In this document: one piece after another, positions 55,474 through 64,000 of the stretch
How positions within the stretch are numbered: the first letter of the stretch is position 1
How the letters are laid out: the number at the start of each line of letters is the position of its first letter
Source of the DNA: Nocardioidaceae bacterium
GTDB lineage: Bacteria; Actinomycetota; Actinomycetes; Propionibacteriales; Nocardioidaceae
DNA length: 64,000 nucleotides
Assembly (NCBI GenBank): GCA_035688575.1
Contig: DASSMS010000142.1
Location: 9,256-73,255, forward strand
Direction of reading: 5' to 3'
Translations under genes and position numbers: made by a program
The notes under the pieces: generated by a model
Seen by the model: only the letters and a program-made list of their open reading frames with translations
Databases searched by the model: none
What the model was told of the DNA's origin: nothing

Positions 55474-58400
55474 TCATACCGGCACGGGTGCCGCGGCGAG
55501 GCCATGGGCCGCACGTGCGACCCGCTCCGCATCGAGGGGGTGCCCGGAGGCGGTGAACAGGCGGGCCGCCTCGGTGAGGATCTCCTTGAAGTCCTCTGCC
55601 TTCCCCTCCGCTCGGGCCAGGTGGGCGCGGGCCTCGAGCACCGCGGCGTCCCAGGCCCGTCCCTCCCAACGAGAGGCCGACTGCTCCGCGACGGCCAGGT
55701 GCCGCCGGGCACCCTCGACGTCCAGCGTGTCCGAGCAGGCGATGCTTGCCGGCACCGCGAGCATCACGTCGCAGAACGGGCATGCGTCGTTCTCCCCCAA
55801 GGTCGCCTCGGCCATGTCCACCACGGCGCGCGCGGCGCGCGGGTCGGGGGCCGCGGCGATCATCGTCCCGTAGATCCTCTGGAGCAGGTGCAAGCCGATC
55901 ACCGACCACCGGGCGAGGGGAAGCGCCCGGTCGAGCAGGCGCTGGGCCTCCGCGCGGTCACCCCGGGCGAGCCGGACCTCGGCGAGGCGTTGGAGGCTGT
56001 GGGCCTCACCTGCGGCGGCGTCCGCGTCCCGGTGCAGGTCGACGGCCTCCTGGAGCTCGCGCTCCGCGAGGTCGAGGTCGCCCATGAGCAGGGCCGCCTC
56101 CCCGATGAGCGCGGTGGCGAAGGCGACTCCTCGCAGGGCACCGAAGTGCGAGGCCCGCCGACGAAGACCCTGCGCCTGCTCGATCACCTCGGCGTAGGGC
56201 ACCGGCCCGTAGAGGAGGTACTCCGCGACGCACAGGTGGGCGTCGAACAGCGCCGTGGCGAGGCCGGTGCTGCCCTGGGTTCGCCGCAGCTCGAGGCGGA
56301 ACCGCTCGAACCACTCGCCGCGCTGGTGGGCGATGAGTCCTTGGAGCGCGACGAGGTCGACGTAGTGCCAGGGGTCCTCGGGCGTCAGCAGGATCCGGCG
56401 GGCTGCGGAGGCCGCGTCCCAGGCGGCGTCGATGTCTCCGGTGAAGTACGAGAGGTTTCCCCTGGCGAGGAGGATCGGCCCGTCGGCGGCGTCGTTCTCC
56501 AGCTCGAGTCCGTCGAGCGCCGTGCGGGCGGTCTCGAAGTCCCCCGTGAAGCAGGCCGCCCGCGCGAGCCTGGCGCGCACCAGGCGTTGCTCCACCCCGG
56601 ACGTGAAGGGGATCGCCTCGCGGTACGCCGCCACCGAACCCGGGTCGCCCAGCGCCATCAGCAGGTCGCCGCGACGCGCGAGCAGCTTGGCGAGGTCGTC
56701 TCCCGAGGCTCGTTCACGCACGGCGTCGACGAGGGCGAGGGCGTCGCGGTAGGCGCCGAGCGCACCGGCTGTCTCGACGGCCGGGAGCACGTAGGGGATC
56801 GCCTGCTGAGGCTGCCCTGCTTCGAGGAACTGGTGCGCCACCCGGGCGGGCGCGGCACCGAGCGCAGCCAGGGTCTCGGCGACATGCTGGCGGGCAGCCG
56901 CCCGGGCATGGGGTGGCATGGAGCTCAGGAGCCCCTCTCGGACGAGGGCGTGCCGGAAGCGGTAGCCGGTGTCGGCGGGCTCGACGACGAGACCGGCCAG
57001 GGCCACCTCGAGGTGTCGGTAAGCCTCCTCCTCGTCGACGCCTGCCACGGCGAGCAGCTCGTCGGTGGTGAAGCTGTTGCCCAGCATCGCCACCCGCTGG
57101 AAGGTGCGCTGCACCGGGCGCGGCAGTCCGGCCGCAGCGTTCTCTGGCCGCCCCTCGGCCGCGGCGCGCGCCAGCTCGAGTGCCGTGAACGGGAGGCCTC
57201 CGCTCACCGCCCAGATCCGGCCGACGGTGTCTTCGCCGAGTGCGGGGTACCGCTGTGCGAGTAGCCGCCGGGTGGCTGCCTCGCCCAGGGGGGCCAGCTC
57301 GACGCGGGTGCCGATGCCCCTCGAGATCATGCTGGCCTGCATCTCCTCCAGAGCCTCACCGCCGCCGGAGCGGTGTGCGAGCGCGATGACGGCTCGCTCC
57401 GGCAGCGCGCACCGGGCCAGGTAGTGCAGCAGACGGAGCGACGCCTCGTCGGCCTCGTGGACGTCGTCCACGACGAGGAGAAGTCCTCGCCCCGCGGAGG
57501 CGAGCCGGAGCAGCTCGGCCGCGGCCACGAAGAGGCGCTGATGGGCAGACTCGCCGCTCCAGCTCACCTCACGGGCCGAGAGCGCCCGGTCGAGCTCTTG
57601 CCGGTAGTTGTCGTCCAGCCCGTCGAGGAGCGACGGGTGCTTGCGGCACAGGTCACCGAGTGCTTCGAGCACGGGCGCGTAGGGCCAGGGGCCCTCGACC
57701 GCCGACGCGGTGCCACGCCCGATGCGCCACCCCCGCTGCCCCGCCAGTGCCACGGCCAGGTCGAGCACCGAGGACTTGCCCACCCCCGGAGGCCCGGTCA
57801 CGAGAAGGGTGCTGCCGCGTCCCTCGTCAGCCTGGGCGAGCCGCTCGCGCAGCACGTCGCCGGTATCACGCCGGCCCACCAGCCGATTGCCGGTAGACGT
57901 CGCGGGGGCAACCCGACGCTCGGCGGCGGGCTCCTCGATGAGGGACCTGCGCAGCGCCTCGGCGGCCGGGCTCGGTGCTGTGCCCAGCTCCCGGCGCAGC
58001 GCCTGGTCCAACCGCTCGAGCTGTCGGAGGGCCCCCCGCACGTCGCCGCGCTCCGCCGCCGCCCGCACGACCGCCAGGTGCGCCTCCTCGTCCGTGGGGT
58101 CCTGCCGGACGAGATCCTCCCAGCGGCCGGTCAGGCGGAGCACCTCGCCGTGCAGCGTGGCCAGCGACTCCCTTGCCTCCTCGGTCCACGCCTCGTAGAC
58201 GTCCTCCGGCAGCAGCGGACCGGCGTAGCGCCGCAGCGCCTCGTTCCCCCGCTCCCTCGCCTGCTCCGCGAGGGCGGCTTCCGCCTCGGAGCGGAACTCG
58301 AGAGCGTCGACGCGTACCTCGGCGTCGGGCAACAGCGCCACCAGGTCGTTGCGGAGCACGATCGTGCGTGCGTGGTCCCCGAGTGCGCGCCTTGCGTAGT

Positions 58401-58614
58401 GGGCCGCCTTGTGCAGCCGCGGCCCCGCCGCGTCCACGGACACGTCGGGCCACAGCGCGTCGATCACCTGCTCACGGTGCATGCGCCGACCGCGTGCGAG
58501 GGACAGGAGCTTGACCAGTCCGGCGGCGTGGCGGCGAGTCCAGGCATCGTCGGGTACGGCGACGCCGTCGACCGTCACCGAGAATCCCCCGAGCATGTCG
58601 ATGCGCACGTGCAT
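55474..58614 (-). CDS. AfsR/SARP-like regulator: wHTH-BTAD + AAA ATPase + TPR-like region
   Basis: REQVIDALWP, GPLLPED, LRRELGTAPS, GPPGVGKS, LLVVDDVH, helical repeats. Confidence 0.85.
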   Translation of the reverse strand: MHVRIDMLGGFSVTVDGVAVPDDAWTRRHAAGLVKLLSLARGRRMHREQVIDALWPDVSVDAAGPRLHKAAHYARRALGDHARTIVLRNDLVALLPDAEVRVDALEFRSEAEAALAEQARERGNEALRRYAGPLLPEDVYEAWTEEARESLATLHGEVLRLTGRWEDLVRQDPTDEEAHLAVVRAAAERGDVRGALRQLERLDQALRRELGTAPSPAAEALRRSLIEEPAAERRVAPATSTGNRLVGRRDTGDVLRERLAQADEGRGSTLLVTGPPGVGKSSVLDLAVALAGQRGWRIGRGTASAVEGPWPYAPVLEALGDLCRKHPSLLDGLDDNYRQELDRALSAREVSWSGESAHQRLFVAAAELLRLASAGRGLLLVVDDVHEADEASLRLLHYLARCALPERAVIALAHRSGGGEALEEMQASMISRGIGTRVELAPLGEAATRRLLAQRYPALGEDTVGRIWAVSGGLPFTALELARAAAEGRPENAAAGLPRPVQRTFQRVAMLGNSFTTDELLAVAGVDEEEAYRHLEVALAGLVVEPADTGYRFRHALVREGLLSSMPPHARAAARQHVAETLAALGAAPARVAHQFLEAGQPQQAIPYVLPAVETAGALGAYRDALALVDAVRERASGDDLAKLLARRGDLLMALGDPGSVAAYREAIPFTSGVEQRLVRARLARAACFTGDFETARTALDGLELENDAADGPILLARGNLSYFTGDIDAAWDAASAARRILLTPEDPWHYVDLVALQGLIAHQRGEWFERFRLELRRTQGSTGLATALFDAHLCVAEYLLYGPVPYAEVIEQAQGLRRRASHFGALRGVAFATALIGEAALLMGDLDLAERELQEAVDLHRDADAAAGEAHSLQRLAEVRLARGDRAEAQRLLDRALPLARWSVIGLHLLQRIYGTMIAAAPDPRAARAVVDMAEATLGENDACPFCDVMLAVPASIACSDTLDVEGARRHLAVAEQSASRWEGRAWDAAVLEARAHLARAEGKAEDFKEILTEAARLFTASGHPLDAERVARAAHGLAAAPVPV

Positions 58615-58652
58615 GACCAGAGTGCCCGATCTCGATAGGAACGTGTTTAACG

Positions 58653-59870
58653 CTACTCCCGGGCCAAAGCCCTGTCAGGGGGGACGAGCTGTGCGCTCGT
58701 GTCGCTTCCATGACGGACCGGGAGCTGTTCGAGAAGCTCGAGCTCGTCGGTCATCCCAGAGCTCACCTGGCGCAGCAGCCGACGGATGCGCGCCATGTCC
58801 CAGTCGTAGGCGGCGATCTGGTCGGTGGTGTCGAAGAACGTGCTCGACAGCCGGTCGCGCAGTCGCTGGTAACCGGCCAGGGCCACGGCCTCGGGACAGA
58901 TGCCCGCGGCGGCCTCCACGACCGCGTTGGCGAGTAGCTCGGCGTCGCGCATCGCGTCTGTCATGCCGTGCGCGGTGATCGGGTCCTTGAAGTAGCCCGC
59001 GTCACCGACGAGCGCCCAGCCGGGACCCCAAGAGCGGCGGACGAACCCTCGCACCCCGCCCCACCCGTGCAACCGTTCCGCCGGGGTGGACATGTGCAGG
59101 CGGGCGACCTGGTCCGGCGCCGCCGCCGTGAAGAGGGTCTCGAAGGCCTGCTCTGTTCCGTCGCGGCGCAGAGCGCGCATCCGCGACGGCGTCGTCGAGA
59201 CGAAGGCACAGGTGAGCCCGTCGTTGGTGGGGATCATGCCCGCCGCGACGCCGGGGCCGTAAGCCCACTCGTACCCGGCCGCGCAGAAGTCCGCGTGGTA
59301 GCGGTACAGCGTGGCTGCCCCGGCAGTGGCCTGCCGCTCGACCGGTGCTCGGACCTCCCTCGCGACGACTGAGCGGACGCCGTCAGCGCCCACGGTCAGC
59401 CGCGCCCTGATCTCCCGGTCGCCGCCGTCCCGGGTGGCCGCGCGGACACCTGCCACCCGGCCGTCCGGGCCTTCGAGCAGGCCGGTGACGGTCACACCGT
59501 GGCACACGTCCACCCCGGCCGCTGCGGCGGCGTCCACGAGGATCCGGTCGATCACGTGGCGGCGTGGCGCGTAAAGAGCGTCCACCCCGGGACTGGGCCG
59601 GATGGAGACCTGCACGACGTCGCCGTCCGCGTAGTGGAACAGGGTCTTCTCCACCGGCGGGGTCCCGGAGGCGATGACCTCCGGCAGCACCTGCCACCGG
59701 GAGAGCTGCAGGACTCCGGCACGCATGAGTCCGTGAGTGGACAGGGTGTCGCTGCCGTAGGCGGTGCGGTCGACCATTGCGACCTTGAGCCCGGCGCGCG
59801 CGAGCAGCAGGGCGGTGGACGCGCCGGCGACGCGGGCGCCGACGACGACGACGTCGTAGGGGCTGTTCAT
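58653..59870 (-). CDS. FAD-dependent oxidoreductase (geranylgeranyl reductase / monooxygenase-like)
   Basis: VVGARVAG, SDTLSTH, APRR, VGADG, LVGDAGYFKDPITAHG. Confidence 0.85.
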   Translation of the reverse strand: MNSPYDVVVVGARVAGASTALLLARAGLKVAMVDRTAYGSDTLSTHGLMRAGVLQLSRWQVLPEVIASGTPPVEKTLFHYADGDVVQVSIRPSPGVDALYAPRRHVIDRILVDAAAAAGVDVCHGVTVTGLLEGPDGRVAGVRAATRDGGDREIRARLTVGADGVRSVVAREVRAPVERQATAGAATLYRYHADFCAAGYEWAYGPGVAAGMIPTNDGLTCAFVSTTPSRMRALRRDGTEQAFETLFTAAAPDQVARLHMSTPAERLHGWGGVRGFVRRSWGPGWALVGDAGYFKDPITAHGMTDAMRDAELLANAVVEAAAGICPEAVALAGYQRLRDRLSSTFFDTTDQIAAYDWDMARIRRLLRQVSSGMTDELELLEQLPVRHGSDTSAQLVPPDRALARE

Positions 59871-59875
59871 GACTT

Positions 59876-61132
59876 TCACCTCGGGGCGGGGTCGAGAGCT
59901 CGCGTTGCGGAGATGTGGGCGACGACGTGCTCGGCGTCGTGCCGGGCGCCGTCGATGAACCCTGAGTCGCGGCGGTGCTGGAAGCGCTGGCCGACCACGT
60001 ACAGACCAGGGGCGGGGGTGATGCCACGGTGCTGGCGGATGGAGCCGTCGGCGGTCGTGACAGGGACCCGCAGCCACGGGTGATGTGGCCGGTAGCCGGT
60101 GGCGAGCAGCACCGTGCTGATGCCCTCGGCCTTCAGGTCGAGCTTCGTGGGCACCTCGCGCGGGGCGAACGCCCGCGGCCGCACCGGGGCCCAGACCTCG
60201 GAGGTGAGACCGCTGGCGTCGATGTGCTCGTCGACAGCGTCGAGGAACCGGTGCATCCGCAGGTCCGACTCGGCGACCGAGGCGGCGAGGTTGCCCTCGA
60301 ACGACGCTGTCCCGTCGCCAAGGGCTCGCAGCCGCCCGGTGACGCGGACCCCGCGACCGGCGAGCGACGCCAGGTCGAGGCTCTCGGCGAAGCGATCCGG
60401 CTCGTTGCGTCCCATGAGCTGCAGCGAGGGCTCGTTGCGCGCGGCGACCGGGTCGCGGACGTCGTCGATGGTGCGGGCCAGACGCCCGGTCCTCTCGAGC
60501 CACCAGAAGATGTCCATCCCGCGGTAGCGGCGGGGCATCCGGGTGTGCCGGCCGACGGCCAGGGCGACGTGTCGTCCGGTGCGCGCGAGCTCGTCGGCGA
60601 TCTGGACCCCTGACGAGGACGCGCCCACCACGAGCACGCCCCCGTCGGGAAGGGCGTCCGGGTTCCGGTAGGCCGACGCGGTGGTCACGTGCAGGTCGCC
60701 GGCGTGCGACTCGACGCAGTCCGGGACACGAGGCTTGCCCCACGGGCCCGTCGCGACGACCACGTGGCGGGTGTTCCAGGTGCCCTGGTCGGTGACGACC
60801 CGGTAGCCGCGCGCGGTTGGAGTGACGGCGAGGACGGTGGTCCCGGTCTGGACGGGCGCGGCGAAGGACTCGGCGTACTGCTCGAGGTGCGAGATGAACT
60901 GCCGGGCCGCCATGTACCCCTCGGAGTCCGGGCCGGTGTAGCTCCACCCGGGCAGTCGGGTCATCCAGTTCGGGGTGAGCAGGTGGAGCGAGTCCCACCG
61001 CTCCGAGCGCCAGCGCTCGGCGACCTGTCCGCGGTCGAGGACCACGTGGTCCCGGCCGGCAGCGGTGAGTCGGTTGCTGACCGCCAGACCGGCGTGGCCG
61101 GCCCCGATGACGACGGTGTCGGTGGTGGGCAT
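59876..61132 (-). CDS. NAD(P)/FAD-dependent flavoprotein (CzcO/FMO-like)
   Basis: IGAGHAG, RWDSLHLLTPNW, AYRNP, VGASSSG, PRRYRG, ATGY. Confidence 0.85.
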   Translation of the reverse strand: MPTTDTVVIGAGHAGLAVSNRLTAAGRDHVVLDRGQVAERWRSERWDSLHLLTPNWMTRLPGWSYTGPDSEGYMAARQFISHLEQYAESFAAPVQTGTTVLAVTPTARGYRVVTDQGTWNTRHVVVATGPWGKPRVPDCVESHAGDLHVTTASAYRNPDALPDGGVLVVGASSSGVQIADELARTGRHVALAVGRHTRMPRRYRGMDIFWWLERTGRLARTIDDVRDPVAARNEPSLQLMGRNEPDRFAESLDLASLAGRGVRVTGRLRALGDGTASFEGNLAASVAESDLRMHRFLDAVDEHIDASGLTSEVWAPVRPRAFAPREVPTKLDLKAEGISTVLLATGYRPHHPWLRVPVTTADGSIRQHRGITPAPGLYVVGQRFQHRRDSGFIDGARHDAEHVVAHISATRALDPAPR

Positions 61133-61300
61133 GAGAGACGCTTTCCTTCTCTGGGTCTGGTCCAGGGATGTCCTGGGCCCTGACTGCTGTGGTTAGGGGG
61201 CTCTTGGTTCGTTCTGGTCTCGGGTGGGGGGCTCCGGTGCCTCCGGGCCGGCCGGACGGGGTGCTGCCGGCCGGTCCCGACGGCGTGAGGTGCCGGACGG

Positions 61301-61870
61301 TCAGCCGGTGACGACCTCGATGGACACCGGGGTGGGGTTGGTCAGGGCGTCGTACACCGCCGACCGGCGTCGGGACTGCTCGACGATCTCGCGCAGCGTG
61401 GCGTCGTCGGCGTCGCCTTCGATGTGGAAGGTCACCCTGATGCCTTTGTAGCCGTTGCGTACCGAACCGTCGTGGAGACCGAAGATGCCGAGCAGGTCGA
61501 TGTCGCCCTCGACCGACGAGCTGACCTTGGTGAGGTCGATGCCCCGAGCCGCGGCGACGTTCGCGATGCCCGCGGTCAGGCAGGCGGCGATGGCGTGCAG
61601 CAGGTACTCGACCGGGGTCGGACCGTTGTCCTGACCGACCAGGACGGCAGGGTGGTCCGAGTCGACCACGGTCTCGTGCTTGTGCTCCATCTCCTGCATC
61701 GCGCCGTAGAAGCCGGAGTACCGGGTGCGGCTGTGCGTGCCGCTGACCCAGGTGTTCTCGGCACGGAACTGGAAGGTCGCGATCTCCTTCTGTCCCTTGA
61801 CCGCGTCGAGGGTGGCGAAAAGTGTCGCCACGTCCACACCGTTGCGGCTGGGGTTCGCGGTGGTGGTCAT
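61301..61870 (-). CDS. OsmC-like family protein (single Cys)
   Basis: NGVD, F.FRA.N.W, DHPAVLVG.DNGPTPVEYLLHAIAAC, EGDIDL.G; GGAGG RBS. Confidence 0.85.
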   Translation of the reverse strand: MTTTANPSRNGVDVATLFATLDAVKGQKEIATFQFRAENTWVSGTHSRTRYSGFYGAMQEMEHKHETVVDSDHPAVLVGQDNGPTPVEYLLHAIAACLTAGIANVAAARGIDLTKVSSSVEGDIDLLGIFGLHDGSVRNGYKGIRVTFHIEGDADDATLREIVEQSRRRSAVYDALTNPTPVSIEVVTG

Positions 61871-61926
61871 GTGTTCCTCCATCGTTCGGCGCCGCTCTCT
61901 GCGGCAGCTCGTTTGTCGATGCGAGG

Positions 61927-62003
61927 AAGCTATGAAGCCCGTCTTCCGCGGGCCTTCCACTGCGCTGTCATGCCGGGGAAGGTCCGGGGAAGGTCTTCCC
62001 CGG
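61927..62003. promoter_or_regulatory. SARP-type 11-bp-phased GGAAG repeats and -10 of the osmC-like operon
   Basis: - strand GGAAGGC-N4-GGAAGAC-N8-TAGCTT; + strand tandem CCGGGGAAGGT x2 followed by inverted CTTCCCCGG. Confidence 0.6.
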
Positions 62004-62097
62004 GAGCCGAAGGCCGCGGAAGAGAGGAGACAGGTCGGAGAAAGGCGCGGTGTCCACGGTGGCGTGGTCAGTCAGACCACTCCCCCCGGAGGACACC

Positions 62098-62718
62098 ATG
62101 TCCCAGCTCCAGGCCGCAGAACTTGCCAGCGGTCGCGAGGCGGCCTCGGTCGAGGTCCGTCTCCGTGACGGCGCCCTGGCCACGCTCAGGCCGCTGCACC
62201 GCGGTGAGACCGGTCCCCTCCTCGCCGTCTTCGACGGCATGTCCGACGCCTCGCGAGCGCTTCGCTACCTCGCCGGGATGTCCCGGCTGCCCGGCCCGAT
62301 GCTGTCGATGCTCTCCGACGTCGACGGCGACCGGCATGCGGCGTGGCTCGCCTCCCTCGGCGGGGAGCCGGCAGGCATCGCCAGGTACGTCCGTCTGGTC
62401 GGCGACCGGGCGACCGCGGAGGTCGCGTTCGAGGTCGTGGACCACCGCCACGGCCGGGGACTGGCCACCGTGCTGCTCGACGCGATCACGACCGCCGCGG
62501 CCACCCGCGGGGTTCGCCGGATCCAGGGCACCATGGCGCCGTCCAACAAGGCGTCGCGGCGCCTCCTGGAGCGCGTGGGCGCGAGCGCCCGTCTCGTCGA
62601 CGGGCTGCTGGAGGCCGACGGACCGCTCAGCCTCCTGGACCCTGCGGTCCTCGACCGGTCGGCAGTGGTCAGGCTCGCGTGCAGCGGCGCCTGGGATGAA
62701 GATCTCGACATCGGCTGA
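62098..62718 (+). CDS. GNAT family protein (acetyl-CoA synthetase/Pat-type GNAT domain)
   Basis: LRDG..ATLRPL, MSDASR..RY, ARYVR, AEVAFEV.D..HGRGLA, N.A..RLL. Confidence 0.82.
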   Translation: MSQLQAAELASGREAASVEVRLRDGALATLRPLHRGETGPLLAVFDGMSDASRALRYLAGMSRLPGPMLSMLSDVDGDRHAAWLASLGGEPAGIARYVRLVGDRATAEVAFEVVDHRHGRGLATVLLDAITTAAATRGVRRIQGTMAPSNKASRRLLERVGASARLVDGLLEADGPLSLLDPAVLDRSAVVRLACSGAWDEDLDIG

Positions 62719-62752
62719 GAACCCGGCACACTGGTGGGCGGAGGGACCACCT

Positions 62753-64000
62753 GTGCTCGTGCGTGTGCTGGGCTCAGTCGAGCTCGTCGCAGGCGACGGC
62801 TCCGCCGTCTCCCTGCCGGGCGCACGCCAGCCTGCCCTGCTGGCGGCGCTGGCGGGTCGCGCCAACGAGGTGGTGAGCAGTGACCGCCTCATCACGCTGC
62901 TGTGGGGAGACGACCTTCCGGTCAACCCGGAGGCGTCGCTTCACAGCGCGGTGTTCAAGCTGCGCAACAGCCTGCGCTCGGCGGGCGGGCGCGACGTGCT
63001 GCTCACCCGTGAGCGCGGCTACCGGCTCTCGCTGCTCCCGGGGGACCTCGACGCCGACCGGTTCGGCGACCTCGTACGCGAGGCCCGGGACCAGCCGCCC
63101 GGAGAGGCCGTCGACACCCTGACCGCAGCCCTGGGGCTCTGGCGCGGACCGGCCTACGCCGGGTTCGCCGACACGGAGGTCGCTCACCTCGAGGCACTGC
63201 GCCTCGAAGAGGTACGCCGGACAGCGGTCGAACGTCTCGCGGACGCACTGGCCTCCACCGGGCGCACGGACGAGGTGGTGCAGCTCCTCGAGCCGTTCGT
63301 CGCCGAGCAACCCCTGCGTGAGGCGGCCAGGGCGACGCTCATGCGTGCCCTTCACGCGCAGGGCAGGACCGCCGAGGCCCTGGAGCAGTACCAGAGCTAC
63401 CACCGCCACCTCGTCGAGGACCTCGGACTGGAGCCGTCTGCCGCCATGCAGGCCCTCCAGATGGAACTCCTCCGGCAGCCCGAGGTGTCGGCAGCGGAGG
63501 ACCCTCCTCGCCGAAACGCCGTCGCGCGGCACGGGCTGCCAGGTCTCCAGGTCCGTTACGTGCGCACGGAGGCGGGCAACGTGCTCGCCTACGGCACGAC
63601 GGGAAGCGGCCCGCCACTCGTCGTGCTGCTTGGCTGGATCTCGAGCCTGGACCTGATCGCGTCCGGACGGGACCCGCGGTCGTCCCTGCTGGAGCGGCTC
63701 ACGAGCCAGGTCTCGGTGACCATGTACGACCGGGCCGGCACGGGCTTGTCCCCCGGTCCGGTGGCCGACTACGGCCTGGAGGCGAGCGTCGACGAGCTCG
63801 AGGAGATCGTGCGCGCGGTAGGACCGCCGGTGTCGTTGCTGGCCATGTCGGCGGCGGGGCCGATCGCCGTCTCGCTGGCGGCACGACGGCCGGACTGGGT
63901 GACGTCGCTCGTGCTCTTCGGCACCTTCGCCGACGGCCCCGGGACCTTCTCCGACAAGGCAATGCGGGACATGTTCGTGGAGATCGCGCGGACTCACTGG
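62753..64000 (+). CDS. SARP (wHTH-BTAD) regulator fused to an alpha/beta-hydrolase-fold domain, partial (runs off right edge)
   Basis: Manual translation: VLGSVEL, DRLITLLWG, LGLWRGPA, PLRE, LGLEPS, then LAYGTTGSGPPLV, YDRAGTGLS, AMSAAG. Confidence 0.85.
   Translation, partial: MLVRVLGSVELVAGDGSAVSLPGARQPALLAALAGRANEVVSSDRLITLLWGDDLPVNPEASLHSAVFKLRNSLRSAGGRDVLLTRERGYRLSLLPGDLDADRFGDLVREARDQPPGEAVDTLTAALGLWRGPAYAGFADTEVAHLEALRLEEVRRTAVERLADALASTGRTDEVVQLLEPFVAEQPLREAARATLMRALHAQGRTAEALEQYQSYHRHLVEDLGLEPSAAMQALQMELLRQPEVSAAEDPPRRNAVARHGLPGLQVRYVRTEAGNVLAYGTTGSGPPLVVLLGWISSLDLIASGRDPRSSLLERLTSQVSVTMYDRAGTGLSPGPVADYGLEASVDELEEIVRAVGPPVSLLAMSAAGPIAVSLAARRPDWVTSLVLFGTFADGPGTFSDKAMRDMFVEIARTHW

Noticed and set aside
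59871-60998. Apparent 781-aa fusion ORF 58653..60998
   Set aside because: The N-terminal half is an Arg/Pro-rich off-frame reading of the flavoprotein gene. The real gene starts at ATG 59870 after GAGGTG.
1-64000. Mobile elements, prophage, CRISPR arrays, rRNA/tRNA
   Set aside because: No integrase, transposase, phage or cas motifs, no regularly spaced repeats and no obvious compositional island seen by eye.

Overview
High-GC actinobacterial chromosomal DNA. Gene content and many leaderless starts suggest a Nocardioides/Marmoricola-like organism, which is inferred and not verified. It holds about 60 CDS and no recognisable rRNA, tRNA, CRISPR array, integrase or transposase. Recognisable blocks: a patatin-like gene cut by the left edge; yqjG-like GST and ppk2; an ECF sigma/anti-sigma pair; a stand-alone LigD-type Prim-Pol; msrB; the coproporphyrin-dependent heme genes hemE-hemG-hemQ with DUF3000-rnd; psuG/PfkB/arfB; hrpA; an NrtR-like regulator with its operator; a DosRS-type island with three USPs and DosR boxes; a TetR-monooxygenase-SDR unit; and a terminal cassette of two SARP/BTAD regulators around an OsmC-like/flavoprotein/FAD-oxidoreductase operon. 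The most notable unexplained signals are (i) an ~85-nt multi-stem candidate ncRNA with its own -10 and terminator (22965-23049) behind a hypothetical gene, (ii) the SARP/OsmC-like redox cassette with 11-bp-phased repeats, (iii) an 83-aa Cys/His-rich microprotein divergent from ppk2, and (iv) five dispersed SigF/SigB-type promoters with identical spacing. All calls come from reading the sequence and motifs by eye; no searches were run.
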